From: Mobula hypostoma
Lineage: Eukaryota
Length of the DNA: 64,000 bases
Reading direction: 5' to 3'
Assembly: GCF_963921235.1 (NCBI RefSeq)
Contig: NC_086097.1
Span: 59,832,001-59,896,000, forward strand
Part shown: positions 1-12,400 of the stretch, in pieces
How positions within the stretch are numbered: the first letter of the stretch is position 1
Layout: each line of letters starts with the position of its first letter
The notes under the pieces: model-generated
Database searches by the model: none
What the model was told of the DNA's origin: nothing
What the model saw: the letters and a program-made list of their open reading frames with translations, nothing else
Program-made: the position numbers and the translations under genes

Positions 1-998
1 GGGTCAGAAAACTGGGTGACTGTCAGGAGAGGGAAGGAAAATGCCCGAATAGTGGAGAGCACACCTGTGGCTGTCCCCCTCATCAACAAATATCTTGTTC
101 TGGATGCTGTTGAGGGTGATGACCTGACAGGGGACGGCCACGGTGACCGGGTCTCTGGCACTGAGCCTGGCGCTATGGTGCAGGAGGGAAGGAGGGAGAA
201 GAGGAATGCGGTAGTCATAGGGGATTCCATAGTCAGGGGAACGGACAGGAGATTCTGTGAGCCTGATAGAGATATCCGCATGGTGTGTTGCCTCACAGGA
301 ACCAGGGCACGGGATGTTTTGGATCGGGTCCAGAATATTCTGAAGGGAGAGGGCAAACAGCCAGCTGTCTTGGTATATGTTGGTACCAATGACATAGATA
401 GGAAAAGGGAGGGGGTCCTGAAGAGAGATTTCCGGGAGTTAGGAAGGAAGCTGAGAAGCAGGACCTCCAGGGTAGTAACCTCGTGATTGCTACCTGTGCC
501 ACGTGCTAGCAAGGGCAAGAATAGAAGGATTAGGCAGATGAATGCGTGGCTGAGAGACTGGTGCAGGGGGCAGGCCTTCAGATTCTTGGATCACTGAGAT
601 CTCTTCTGGGGGAAGTATGACCCGTTCAAAAAGGACAGGTTACACCTGAACCCGACGGGGACCAATATCCTGGCGAGAAGGTTTAATAAAGCTGTTAGGG
701 AGGGTTTAAACTAATTTGGCAGGGGAATGGGAACCGGAATTATAGAGCAGAGGAGGGGAAAACAGAAATAATTCTAAGATAGTGAGCAGTAAAGATGTCA
801 GGAAGGATAGGCAGATGATGGGGCAAATTTGCAGCCATTGGGATGAATTGCAGTGCAATAAAGTTGCAGTGCAATCAATGCAAAAAGTACCAAATACTGG
901 ACTTAAGGTGTTATACTTAAATGCACCCAGCATAAGGAATAACGTGGATAATATTTGTTGTACAGTTACAAATTGGTAGGTATGATATTGTGGCCGTA

Positions 999-1565
999 TG
1001 GGGGTATATGGGGTGTCAGGGAGGGGTAGCACCTCTGGTGGGGGAACATGTCGTGTCCTTTTCAGGGCGGATAGTCCACCTTTGGTCCCCACCTGGCACT
1101 CAGCTGTCACCCGTGGCTCCCCGTAGCTGTTTGCATGCGACAGTGGCCACACTCCGGGCAATGGCTTCGACAAGCTGGCTAAACCAGGTGAGGGTAGCCG
1201 ACGGGTCTCAAACCCTCGGTGAGATAGGGACTTGTCTATACCAGCATGTGAAGACAGACTCCGGCGGATTGAGCGGACGAGACCAATGGAAGGTCCAACG
1301 GTCAAGAAGGCGGTCTCCGCAAGCGTCGTGGAACGTGTAGAGCAAGACAAGACACAGAAGATGTCCTGGTCACCCACTGCGCCTAGTCCCATCTCCAGCC
1401 GTCTAGACTCTGTCTTGCCACTGGATCCAGACGGGAATTGGGAAGAGAGAGTGAGGCTGACGCTGCGCAACTCTCCCTCACTTAAATCCAAATCACGTGC
1501 TAGTCTCGACACCATCATTATGGTGTCGAGGTCCTCATCGACATCAATGATGGACAAACAACAAC
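999..1565 (+). mobile_element. Non-autonomous RTE-like short retroelement inserted in the CR1 endonuclease
   Basis: Interrupts codons YDIVA/IETWL; TSD attgtggcc(g/a)ta at 987-998 and 1566-1577; (CAA)n tail; no recognisable coding remnant; RTE assignment is from recalled 5'UTR resemblance. Confidence 0.8.
1010..1191 (+). ncRNA. Putative HDV-like self-cleaving ribozyme with a hairpin inserted in L3
   Basis: P1 GGGGTGT 1010-1016/ACACTCC 1149-1155; P3 GGC 1115-1117/GCC 1146-1148; L3 starts TCC; P1.1 GG 1156-1157; P4 GGCTT/AAGCT; J4/2 GCTAA 1178-1182; imperfect P2 1107-1114/1183-1191. Confidence 0.6.
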
Positions 1566-3560
1566 ATTGTGGCCATAATTGAGACGTGGCTAAAGGATGC
1601 ATGTCTCTGGGAGCTGAACGTCCAAGGATACACAGTGTATCGGAAGGATAGGCAGGTAGGCAGAGAGGGTGGCATGGCTTTATTGGTAAGAAATGATATT
1701 AAATCTTTAGAAAGAGGTAACATAGGATCGGAAGGTGCAGAATCTTTATGGGTTGAGCTAAGAAATCGCAGGGGTAAAAGGACCCGGATGGCAGTTTTAT
1801 ACAGGCCTCCAAACAGCTGCAGTGATGTGGACTACCAACTACAAAAGCAAATAGAAAAGGCTTGTCAGAAGGGCAGTGTTATGATAATTGTGGGGGATTT
1901 TAACATGTGAGTGGATTGGAAAAATCAGGTCGGCACTGGATCTCAAGAGAGAGAATTTGTAGAACGTCTGCGAGATGGCTTTTTAGAACAGCTTATTGTA
2001 GAGCCCACTAGGGGTAGGCTGTACTAGATTGGGTATTGTGTAATGAACCAGAGGTGATTAGAGAGATTGAGGTGAAGGAACCCTTAGGAGACAGTGATCA
2101 TAATATGATTGAGTTCACTGTGAAATTTGAGAAAGAGAAGCTGAAATCTGATGTGTTGTTACTTCAGTGGAGTAAAGGAAATTACAGTGGCATGAGAGAG
2201 GAACTGGCCAAAGTTGACTGGAAAGGGACACTGGCGGAAAAGAGACGGCAGAGCAGCAGTGGCTGGAGTTTATGCCAGAAGTGAGGAAGGTGCAAGACAG
2301 GCATATTCCAAAAAAGAGGAAATTTTTGAATGGTAAAAGGGTGCAGCCGTGGTTGACAAGAGAAATCAAAGCCAAAGTTAAACCAAAGGAGAGGGCATAC
2401 AAGGAAGCAAAAATTAGTGGGAAGACAGAGGATTGGGAAGTTTTTAAAAGCTTACAAAAGGAAATTAAGAAGGAAACTGAAGAGGGAAAAGATGAACTAT
2501 GAAAGGAAGCTAGCAAATAATATCAAATAGGATGCTGAAAGCTTTTTCAAGTATATAAAGAGTAAAAGACAGGTGAGAGTAGATATAAGACGGATAGAAA
2601 ATGATGCTGGAGAAATTGTAATGGGAGATAAGGAGATGGCAAAGGAACTGAACGTATACCGGATACTCAAGTGTGTCAGGGAAGAGAAGTGTGCACAGTG
2701 ACAATTAATACAGAGAAAGTACTCAGGAAGCTAAATAGTCTAAGGATCGATAAATCTCCTGGACCAGGTGGAATGCACCCTGGTGCTCTAAAGGAAGTAG
2801 CTGTGGAGATTGCGGAGGCATTAGCAATGGTCTTTCAAAAGTCAATAGATTTTGGCATGGTTCTGGAGGACTGGAAGATTGCAAATGTCACTCCGCTATT
2901 TAAAAAGGGAGCAAGGAAGCAAAAAGGAAATTACAGACCTGTTAGCTTGACATCGGTGGTTGGGAAGTTGTTGGAGTCGATTGTCAAGAATGAGGTTATG
3001 GATTATGGATTACCTGGAGGCATATGACAAGATAGGCAGAACTCAACATGGTTTCCTTAAAGGAAAATCCTGCCTGTCAAACCTATTGAAATGTTTTGAG
3101 GAAATTACAAGTAGGCAAGACAAGGGAGATGCAGTGGATGTTGTATATTTGGATTCTCAGAAGGCCTTTGACAAGGTGCCACACATGAGGCTGCTTTAAC
3201 AAGATAAGAGCCTATGGAATTATGTGAAAGTTACATATGTGGATAGAGCATTGGGTGATTGGCAGGAAACAGAGATTGAGAATAAAGGGATCCTATTCTG
3301 TTTGGCTGCCAGTTACCAGTGGTGTTCCACAGGGGACCGTGTTGGGGCCACTTCTTTTTATGTTGTACATCAACAATTTGGATTATGGAATAGATAGCTT
3401 TGTGGCTAAGTTTGCTGATGATACAAAGATAGGTGGAGGGGCCGGTAGTGCTGAGGAAACAGGGAGCCTGCAGAGAGAGAGATTTGTTCGTAGATTGGAA
3501 GAATGGGCAAGGAAGTGGCAAATGAAATACGATGTTGGAAAGTGTATGGTTATGCACTTT

Positions 3561-6500
3561 CCAACATAGTTGTTCATTTGCCACTTATACCAGTCTCAAT
3601 CTATCCAAGTATCTCTGCAGGCTCCCTGTTTCCCTCAGCACTACCGGCCCCTGCAGCTTATCTTTGTATCATCAGCAAACTTAGCCACAAAGCTTATCTA
3701 TTCCATAATCCAAATTGTTGATGTACAACATAAAAACAAAAGTGGCCCCAAAACAGGCTCCCTGTGGAACACCACTGGTAACTGGCAGCCAAACAGAATA
3801 GGATCCCTTTATTCTCAATCTCTGTTTCCTGCCAATCAGCCCAATGCTCTATCCACATATGTAACTTTCACATCATTCCATAGGCTCTTATCTTGTTAAG
3901 CAGCCTCATGTGTGGCACCTTGTCAAAGGCCTTCTCAATCCAAATATACAACATCCACTGCATCTCCCTTGTCTTGCCTACTTGTAATTTCCCTCAAAAC
4001 ATTTCAATAGGTTTGACAGGCAGGATTTTCCTTTAAGGAAACTCATGTTGAGTTCTGCCTATCTTGTCATATGCCTGCCAGGTGATCCATAATCCATTAA
4101 CCTGACATTCTTGACAATCAACTCCAACAACTCCCCAACCACCGATGTCAAGCTAACAGTACTATAATTGCCTTTTTGCTTGCTTGCTCCCTTCTTAAAT
4201 AGCAAATCATATTTGCCAATCTTTCCAGTCCTCCAGAACCATGCCAAAATCTATTGACTTTTGAAAGACCATTGTGACATGCCTCCGCAATCTCCACAGC
4301 TACTTCCCTTTAGAGCACCAGGGTGCATTCCACCTGGTCCAGGAGATTTATCGATACCTTAGACTTATTTAGCTTCCTCAGTACTTTCTCTGTATTAATT
4401 GTCACTGTGCACACTTCTCTTCCCTGAGACACTAGAGTATGCCATTATACTCATCAGGTCTTTTCATGCTCCTTATCTCCCATTACAATTTCTCCAGCAT
4501 CATTTTCTATCCGTCTTATATCTACTCTCACCTGTCTTTTACTCTTTATATACTTGAAAAAGCTTTTCGCATCCTATTTGATATTATTTGCTAGCTTCCT
4601 TTCATAGTTCATCTTTTCCCTCTTAAGTTTGACCTTCTTAATTTCCTTTGTAAGCTTTTGAAAAACTTCCCCAATCCTCTGTCTTCCCACTAATTTTTGC
4701 TTCCTTGTATGCCCTCTCCTTTGGTTTAACTTTGGCTTTGATTTCTCTTGTCAACCACGGCTGCACCCTTTTACCATTCAAAAATTTCCTCTTTTTTGGA
4801 ATATGCCTGTCTTGCACCTATTTTCACTTCTCACATAAACTCCAGCCACTGCTGCTCTGCCGTCCTTTCCGCCAGTCTCCCCTTTCCAGTCAACTTTGGC
4901 CAGTTCCTCTCTCATGCCACTGTAATTTCCTTTACTCCACTGAAGTAACAACACATCAGATTTCAGCTTCTCTTTCTCAAATTTCACAGTGAACTCAATC
5001 ATATTATGATCACTGTCTCCTAAGGACTGCTTCACCTCAATCTCTCTAATCACCTCTGGTTCATTACACAATACCCAATCTAGTACAGCCTACCCCTAGT
5101 GGGCTCTACAATAAGGCCTCTAAAAAGCCATCTCGCAGACGTTCTACAAATTCTCTCTCTTGAGATCCAGTGCCGACCTGATTTTTCCAATCCACTCACA
5201 TGTTAGAAAATCCCCCACAATTATCATAACACTGCCCTTCTGACAAGCCTTTTCTATTTGCTTTTGTAGTTGGTAGTCCACATCACTGCAAGCTGTTTGG
5301 AGGCCTGTATAGAACTTCCCATCCAGGGTCCTTTTTACCCCTGCGATTTCTTAGCTCAACCCAATTCATTCTGCACCTTCCCGATCCTATGTTACCTCTT
5401 TTCTAAAGATTTAATATCATTTCTTACCAATAAAGCCATGCCACCCTCTCTGCCTACCTGCCTACTCCTTCCGAAACACTGTGTATCCTTGGACGTTCAG
5501 CTCCCCCAGACATGCATCCTTTAGCCACGTCTCAATTATGGCCACAATGTTGTTGTTTGTCCATCATTGAGATCTGAATAAGGACCTCGACACCATAATA
5601 ATCTGTCGAGGCTTAGCACGTGATTTGGATTTAAGTGAGGGAGAGTTACGCAGCGTAAGCCTCACTCTCTCTTCCCAATTCCCGTCTGGATCCAGTGGCA
5701 AGACAGAGTCTAGACGGCTGGAGATCAGGACTAGGCGCAGTGGGTGACCAGGACATCTTCTGTGTCTTGTCTTGCTCTACACGTTCCACGACGCTTGCGG
5801 AGACCGCCTTCTTGAGCACATTTCAGCTCTCCCATTGGTCTCGTCCGCTCAAATCCGCCGGAGTCTGTCTTCACATGCTGGTATAGACAAGTCCCTATCT
5901 CACCGAGGGTTTGAGACCCGTCAACTACAGCCTCACCTGGTTTAGCCAGCTTGTCGAAGCCATTGCCCGGATTGTGGCCGCTGTTTCGCAGTGCAAACAG
6001 CTACGGGGAGCCACGGGTGACAGCTGAGTGCCAGGTGGGGACCAAAGGTGGACTATCCGCCCTGAAAAGGACACGACATGTTCCCCCACCAGAGGTGCTA
6101 CCCCTCCCTGACACCCCATATACCCCCATACGGCCACAATATCATACCTACCAATTTGTAACTGTACAACAAATATTATCCACGTTATTCCTTATGCTGG
6201 GTGCATTTAAGTATAACACCTTAAGTCCAGTATTTGGTACTTTTTGCATTGATTGCACTGCAACTTTATTGCACTGCAATTCATCCCAATGGCTGCAAAT
6301 TTGCCCCATCATCTGCCTATCCTTCCTCAGCATCTTTACTGCTCACTATCTTAGAATTATTTCTGTTTTCCCCTCCTCTGCTCTATAATTCCGGTTCCCA
6401 TTCCCCTGCTAGAATTAGTTTAAACCCTCCCTAACAGCTTTATTAAACCTTCTCGCCAGGATATTGGTCCCCGTCGGGTTCAGGTGTAACCTGTCCCTTT

Positions 6501-7720
6501 GAACGGGTCATACTTCCCCCAGAAGAGATCTCAGTGATCCAAGAATCTGAAGGCCTGCCCCCTCCTTGCACCAGTCTCTCAGCCACGCATTCAGTATCCT
6601 GAATCCTTCTATTCTTGCCCATTTTGCTAGCACGTGGCACAGGTAGCAATCACGAGGTTACTACCCTGGGAGGTCCTGCTTCTCAGCTTCTTCCCTAACT
6701 CCCGGAAATCTCTCTTACAGGACCCCCTCCCTTTTCCTATCTATGTCATTGGTACCCAACATATACCAAGACAGCTGGCTGTTTGCCCTCTCCCCTTAGG
6801 AATCTTCTGGACCCAATCCCAAAACATCCCGTGCCCTGGTTCCTGTGAGGCGACGCACCATGCGGATATCTCTATCAGGCTCACAGAATCTCCTGTCCGT
6901 TCCCCTGACTATGTGAATCCCCTATGACTACCGCATTCCTCTTCTCCCTCCTTCCCTCCTGCCGCATAGCGCCAGGCTCAGTGCCAGAGACCCGGTCCAC
7001 CGTGGCCGTCCCCTGTCAGGTCATCACCCTCAACAGCATCCAGAACAAGATATTTGTTGATAGAGGGGGACAGCCACAGGTGTGCTCTCCACTATTCGGG
7101 CATTTTCCTTCCCCTCTCCTGACAGTCACCCAGTTTTCTGACCCCTGTAGCCTAGGGATGACTACCTCCCTGTAGCTCCTGTCTATCACCTCTTCACTTT
7201 TCCTAATAAGCTGTAGGTTATTAAGCTGCAGCTCCAGATCCCTAAAACAGTCTCTGAGGAGCTGCATCTCATTGCACCTGGCACAGATGTGGCACATGAG
7301 GGAAGCTGGAGGTCTCCCAGGATTCCCACATCTGACATCCTGAACAAAGCACTAATCCTGCCGACATGTCACCCTAATTCCGTAGGAATGAAACAATGAA
7401 AAATAAGTCCACTCACCCACTTTTGTTGCCAAACACGAACTTTTTTTAAACCGTTCGCTCATACCGTTAGCTGTGTGCTGGCTCCCCTACTGTTCCCTGT
7501 CTGTCCGGACCAACTCGCGAAGGAGAAAAAAAGAGTTGGTGCTTCGCTTACACCTCTTCCCGTTACCGCCTAAGCCTGTTGAGCCAAAGCCCTACACTCT
7601 GCTGCCACTCACTCCGCTGCCCGCTTGTATAGGGTGGTCTTCTTTTTAAACTCTCTGCGCTGTCCTGTCTGCATCATACGCCTACGCAGTCTTCTCCTTC
7701 TTGTACTCAAAGAAGTTTTA
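3561..7720 (-). mobile_element. Mirror copy of the CR1, extending into the ORF1 zinc-finger/coiled region and 5'UTR
   Basis: Reverse complement of the left arm, plus ORF 7016..7297 HICARCNEMQLLRD..LELQL; includes the mirrored RTE-like insert at about 5551-6128. Confidence 0.9.
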
Positions 7721-7725
7721 AAAAA

Positions 7726-8040
7726 AATTAATAAGAGAATACTCCAGTAAACTAAATGCAGCTTCCCAAGATCGAGATGCAAAAACTAGACAAAGCAAAT
7801 AGAAAGAAGAAGAAAGATGGTTACCACCATCAGAACGACTTCCTGCACTCTCAGAGTCAGCTCCTTCAAGCACCACAGAGAAGGACCCAGAGCCTGAGAT
7901 TGTTTTCATAGTCACTTCTTACCAGTCAAGCAGAGTGATCTCCCTTGTCAGGAAAGATGTTATGCCACTAGAATAAGAACTGTGTTGAAGTTTATAGCAA
8001 TGCAGGGAGGAGTGCTGTGTGTTTAATATTTGAGTAATCT

Positions 8041-8071
<31 letters not shown>

Positions 8072-8265
8072 GTTGATTAAGCATTCTTGTTTATTTAAAT
8101 AACTCATTATGGGTTATATGTATAAATACATGAATTGCATACATCATCACACTATCATGGGATATATATACACCTCACTTCAAGTAAACATGAAGTTAGA
8201 GCCACATTTCAGACCCCTGTGTCTTCTTTTGAATCAGTTTAATATTTTGAAGTTATAAAAGATAA
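7726..8265 (+). mobile_element. 3' internal end, PPT and 3' LTR of an old Gypsy-like element
   Basis: Purine tract gcagggaggag followed by TG at about 8012; LTR sequence (aatatttgagtaatcttg...cattatgggttatatgta...gtttaatattttgaa) matches the minus-strand LTR at 31102-32221; (TA)n inside. Confidence 0.65.
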
Positions 8266-9241
8266 TCCCCTCAACCTCACACAAACACCAGACGAGGCAG
8301 AAGCTGATGGCGAGTCTACATATAGCACAGCTCTGATCATAGAAAGGTCCCGTGAGTGGAGGGTGCCTCAAATCAGGCGAATGGATGGCATCACCAATAC
8401 AGCTTACTTGACTAAGGCTGATCCTGAGCTATTAGAAGATTCCCCCACTATTCCTACAGAGTGAGAATATCACAGCTCAGCAACTGGCCCTTGGAGAACT
8501 GCAAACAATCAGGCCTGTCTGGGATGAGCCAAAGTATTTGGATGTCTATATTAAAGGTATAGCCAACAAAGACTGGACAGTTATTTTAGATTTTGTTTTT
8601 ACTTTTGCTTTTCCTTTTTTTCCAATAAAGAATGTAGCATATGGGAAATATATATTAGGTAAAAGCACTCCTAAGATTTTTTTTTTACTGTGTGACTAAC
8701 AACATCAGATGTATATATAGCTATGTTGTTTAGGATTGACCAGTTCATAAAGTCTCAGTATGCCTTTATGAGAGCAAGCATACATTTGGGAAATGTAAAT
8801 CCTTATTTAATAAAGCTCTTTGTCAGCACTTACAACTGACTATCTTTTTACATCATAGTGAGTGATTGAGAGAAAGATAAAGCTTTAATGGGCATGTTTA
8901 GTTGCATTACAATGTTCAGTCTATTATGTTTAAAGTGAGATATGCCTCATTATATTTTACATATTATATGAAACTTTAATTCAGAGTGATCTATTAAATC
9001 ATCTCTAAATAGCCCGTATATTCTAAGCACATTTTATGTTTTTTTTCTTTCTGGTAGGTTTTGTGGATTTATCACTTTAACTGTGATCTAAGATTTCACT
9101 CTAGCTTCTGTGAAAACAGGATTAAGTTAAAAATGAAAGTGCAGACAGAAATATCCAACAGTCACCTACCTGCCCAGTTCTCTTTCTAGTGAGATTTCAG
9201 TGAACATCATATGGGTCTTTTAGCACCAAAAGTTGACTCAC

Positions 9242-9376
9242 AGCTTAGTAATGATATTGGTGCCATATTGCTGCCCGAAAATTGGCACATGTTGATTTGT
9301 ATGTCATTGCGGATGCACATGTTCACAGCTGGCTGATCACCAGGTAGTGGCACAGAAATAAGACTTTTACAGTTTA
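9242..9376 (-). CDS. Candidate host exon (135 nt, phase 1-1), VNCKSLISVPLPGDQPAVNMCIRNDIQINMCQFSGSNMAPISLLS
   Basis: Minus-strand acceptor ttatttcAG and donor GTGAGT; open frame in non-repeat DNA; no homology recognised. Confidence 0.3.
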
Positions 9377-9490
9377 CTGAAATAAATCCAGTATGGTGGA
9401 GAAACTCAGGAGGCCAGGCAGCACTTGTGATGATAAAAAACAGATAATATTTCAGGTTGGAACGAAGACCATTCAGCAAAGCCCTGCTTT

Positions 9491-12400
9491 AAACCATAGA
9501 AACCATAGAAACCATAGAAACTACAGCACAGAAACAGGCCTTTTGACCCTTCTTGGCTGTGTCGAAGTACCTAGTCCCACTGACCTGCACACGGACCATA
9601 TCCCTCCATACACCTCCCATCCATGTATCTGTCCTATTTATTCTTAAATGTTAAAAAAGAACCCACATTTACCACTTCATCTGGCAGCTCATTCCATACT
9701 CCCACCACTCTCTGTGTGAAGAAGCCCCCCCTAATGTTCCCTTTAAACTCTTCCCCCTCACCCTTAACTCATGTCCTCTGGTTTTTTTCTCCCCTTGCCT
9801 CAGTGGAAAAAGCCTGCTTGCATTCATTCTATCTATACCCATCATTATTTTATATACCTCAATCAAATCTCCCCTCATTCTTCTACGCTCCAGGGAATAA
9901 AGTCCTAACCTATTCAACCTTTCTCTATAACTGAGTTTTCTTCAGAGTCCCAGCAACATCCTTGTAAACCTTCTCTGCACTCTTTCAACCTTATTTATAT
10001 CCTTCCTGTAATTTGGTGACCAAAACTGATCACAATACTCCAGATTCGGCCTCACCAATGCCTTATAAAACCTCATCATAACATTCCAGCTCTTATACTC
10101 AATACTTCGATTAATAAAGGCCAATGTACCAAAAGCTCTCTTTACAACCCTATCTACCTGTGACACCACTTTTAGGGAATTTTGTATCTGTATTTCCAGA
10201 TCCCTCTGTTCTACTGCACTCTTCAGTGCCTTACCATTAACCCTGTATTTTCTACCTTGATTTGTCCTTCCAACGTGCAATACCTCACACTTGTCTGTAT
10301 TAAAATCCATCTGCCATTTTTCAGCCCATTTTTCTAGTTGGTCCAAGTCCCTCTGCAGGCTCTGAAAGCCTTCCTCACTGTCTACTACACCTCCAATCTT
10401 TGTATCATCAGCAAATTTGCTGATCCAATTTACCACATTATCATCCAGATCATTGATATAGATGACAAATAACAAAGGACCCAGCACTGATCCCTATGGC
10501 ACACCACTAGTCACTAGACCACTTTGGATTATCCTTCACTTTGACTGCCAAGGCCTCCACTCAGACAAGCAATTCTCTACCACCACTCTTTGGCTTCTTC
10601 CATTAAGCCAATGTCTAATCCAATTTACCACCTCTCCCATGTATACCTCACGACTGAATTTTCCTAACTAACCTCCCATCCAGGACCTTGTCAAAGGCTT
10701 TACTGAAATCCATGTTGACAATATCCACTGACTTCCCTTCATCCACTTTCCTGGTAATCTCCTCGAAAAACTCCAATAGATTGGTCAAACATGACCTACC
10801 ACACACAAAGGCATGTTGACTCTCCTTAATAAGTCCCTGTCTATCCAAATACTTGTAGATTCTGTCTCTTAGTACTCCCTCCAATAACTTACCTACTACC
10901 GACGTAAAACTCACCAGCCTATAATTTACGGGATTACTTTTCGATCCTTTTTTAAACAACGGAACAACATGAGCCACTCTCCAATCCTCCGGCACCTCAC
11001 CCGTAGACAGCGACATTTTAAATATTTCTGCCAGGGCCCCGCAATTTCAACACTGGTCTCCTTCAAGGTCCGAGGGAGCACTCTGTCAGGTCCCAGGGAT
11101 TTATCCACTTTAATTTTCCTCAAGGCAGCAAGCACCACCTCCTCCTTTTCAATCTGTACAGTTTCCATGATCTCACTACTTGATTCCCTCAATTCCATAG
11201 ACTTCATGCCAGTTCCCTTAGTAAATACAGATGCAAAAAACCTATTTAAGATCTCCCCAATTTTCTTTGGTTCCGCACATAGCCGACCACTCTGATCTTC
11301 AAGAGGACCAATTTTATCCCTTACAATCCTTTTGCTCTTAATATACCTGTAAAAGCTCTTTGGATTATCCTTTCACTTTGACTGCCAAGTCAACCTCATG
11401 TCTTCTTTTAGCCCTCCTGATTACTTTCTTAAGTATTTTCTTGCACTTCTTATACTCCTCAAGCACCTGATTTACTCCCTGTTTCCTATACATTTCATAT
11501 AACTCCCTCTTCTTCTTTATCAGAGTTGCAATACTCCTTGAGAACCAAAGTTCCTTATTCCTATTCAATTTGTCTTTAATCCTGACAGGAACATACAAAC
11601 TCTGTACTCTCAAAATTTCCCCTTTGAAGGCTTCCCACCTACCAATCACATCTTTGCCAGAGAACAACCTGTCCCAATCCACACTTTTTAGATCCTTTCT
11701 TATTTCTTAAAATTTGGTCTTCTTCCAGTTCAGAACCTAGACCCTTAGGACCAGATCTATCCTTGTCCATGATCAAATTGAAACTAATGGTGTTATGATC
11801 ACTGGAACCAAAGTGCCCTTACCCTACATAGACTTCCGTCACTTGTCCTAACTCGTTTCCTAACAGGAGATCCAATATTGCATCCCCTCTAGTTGGTCCC
11901 TCTATATATTGATTTAGAAAACTTTCCTGAACACATTTTACAAACTCTAAACCATCTAGACCCCTAACAGTATGGGAGTCCCAATCAATGTATGGAAAAT
12001 TAAAATCCCCTACCACCACAACTTTATGTTTCCTGCAGTTGTCATAATTCCACGTGTCAATCCATGCCCTCAACTCATCCGCCTTCCCCGCAATACTCCT
12101 AGCATTGAAATATATACACCTCAGAAGATTTTTACCACCACTCACAACCTTTCTATTAGCGGATTTGCTTGAACTTTTAACATCATTTATTTTCACCCCA
12201 GCCACACTGTCAGCTCTGGCACTCTGGTTCCCATCCCCCTGCAAATCTAGTTTAAAGCCTCCCCAATAGCACTAACAAACCTCCCTGAAAGGATATTGGT
12301 CCCCTTGTAGTTCAAGTGTAACCCCTCTCTCTTGTACAGGTCCCACCTGCCCCAGAAGAGGTCCCAATGATCCTGAAATCTGAAACCCTGCCCCCTACAC

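Larger units (their letters stand above)
1..3560 (+). mobile_element. CR1-clade LINE, degenerate (ORF1 esterase, APE endonuclease, RT up to GKCMVMHF); runs off the window start
   Basis: ORF 16..486 VVIGDSIVRGTDRRFC (SGNH esterase); endonuclease motifs LYLNA, ETWL, YRPP, GDFN, SDHN; RT motifs NYRPVSLTS, QHGF, KAFDKVPH, GVPQGTVLGP, KFADDTK; many stops and frameshifts. Confidence 0.93.
1..7147. repeat. Giant fold-back inverted repeat, arms about 3.55 kb, apex at about 3549-3553
   Basis: 3561-7147 is the reverse complement of 1-3540 (1 gggtcagaaaactgggtgactg vs cagtcacccagttttctgaccc near 7123-7144); the right arm has many small indels. Confidence 0.97.

Noticed and set aside
706..1602. 298-aa minus ORF and overlapping ORFs (also 5951..6388)
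   Set aside because: Antisense read-through across the CR1 and the GC-rich insert; crosses the TSD; no protein motifs
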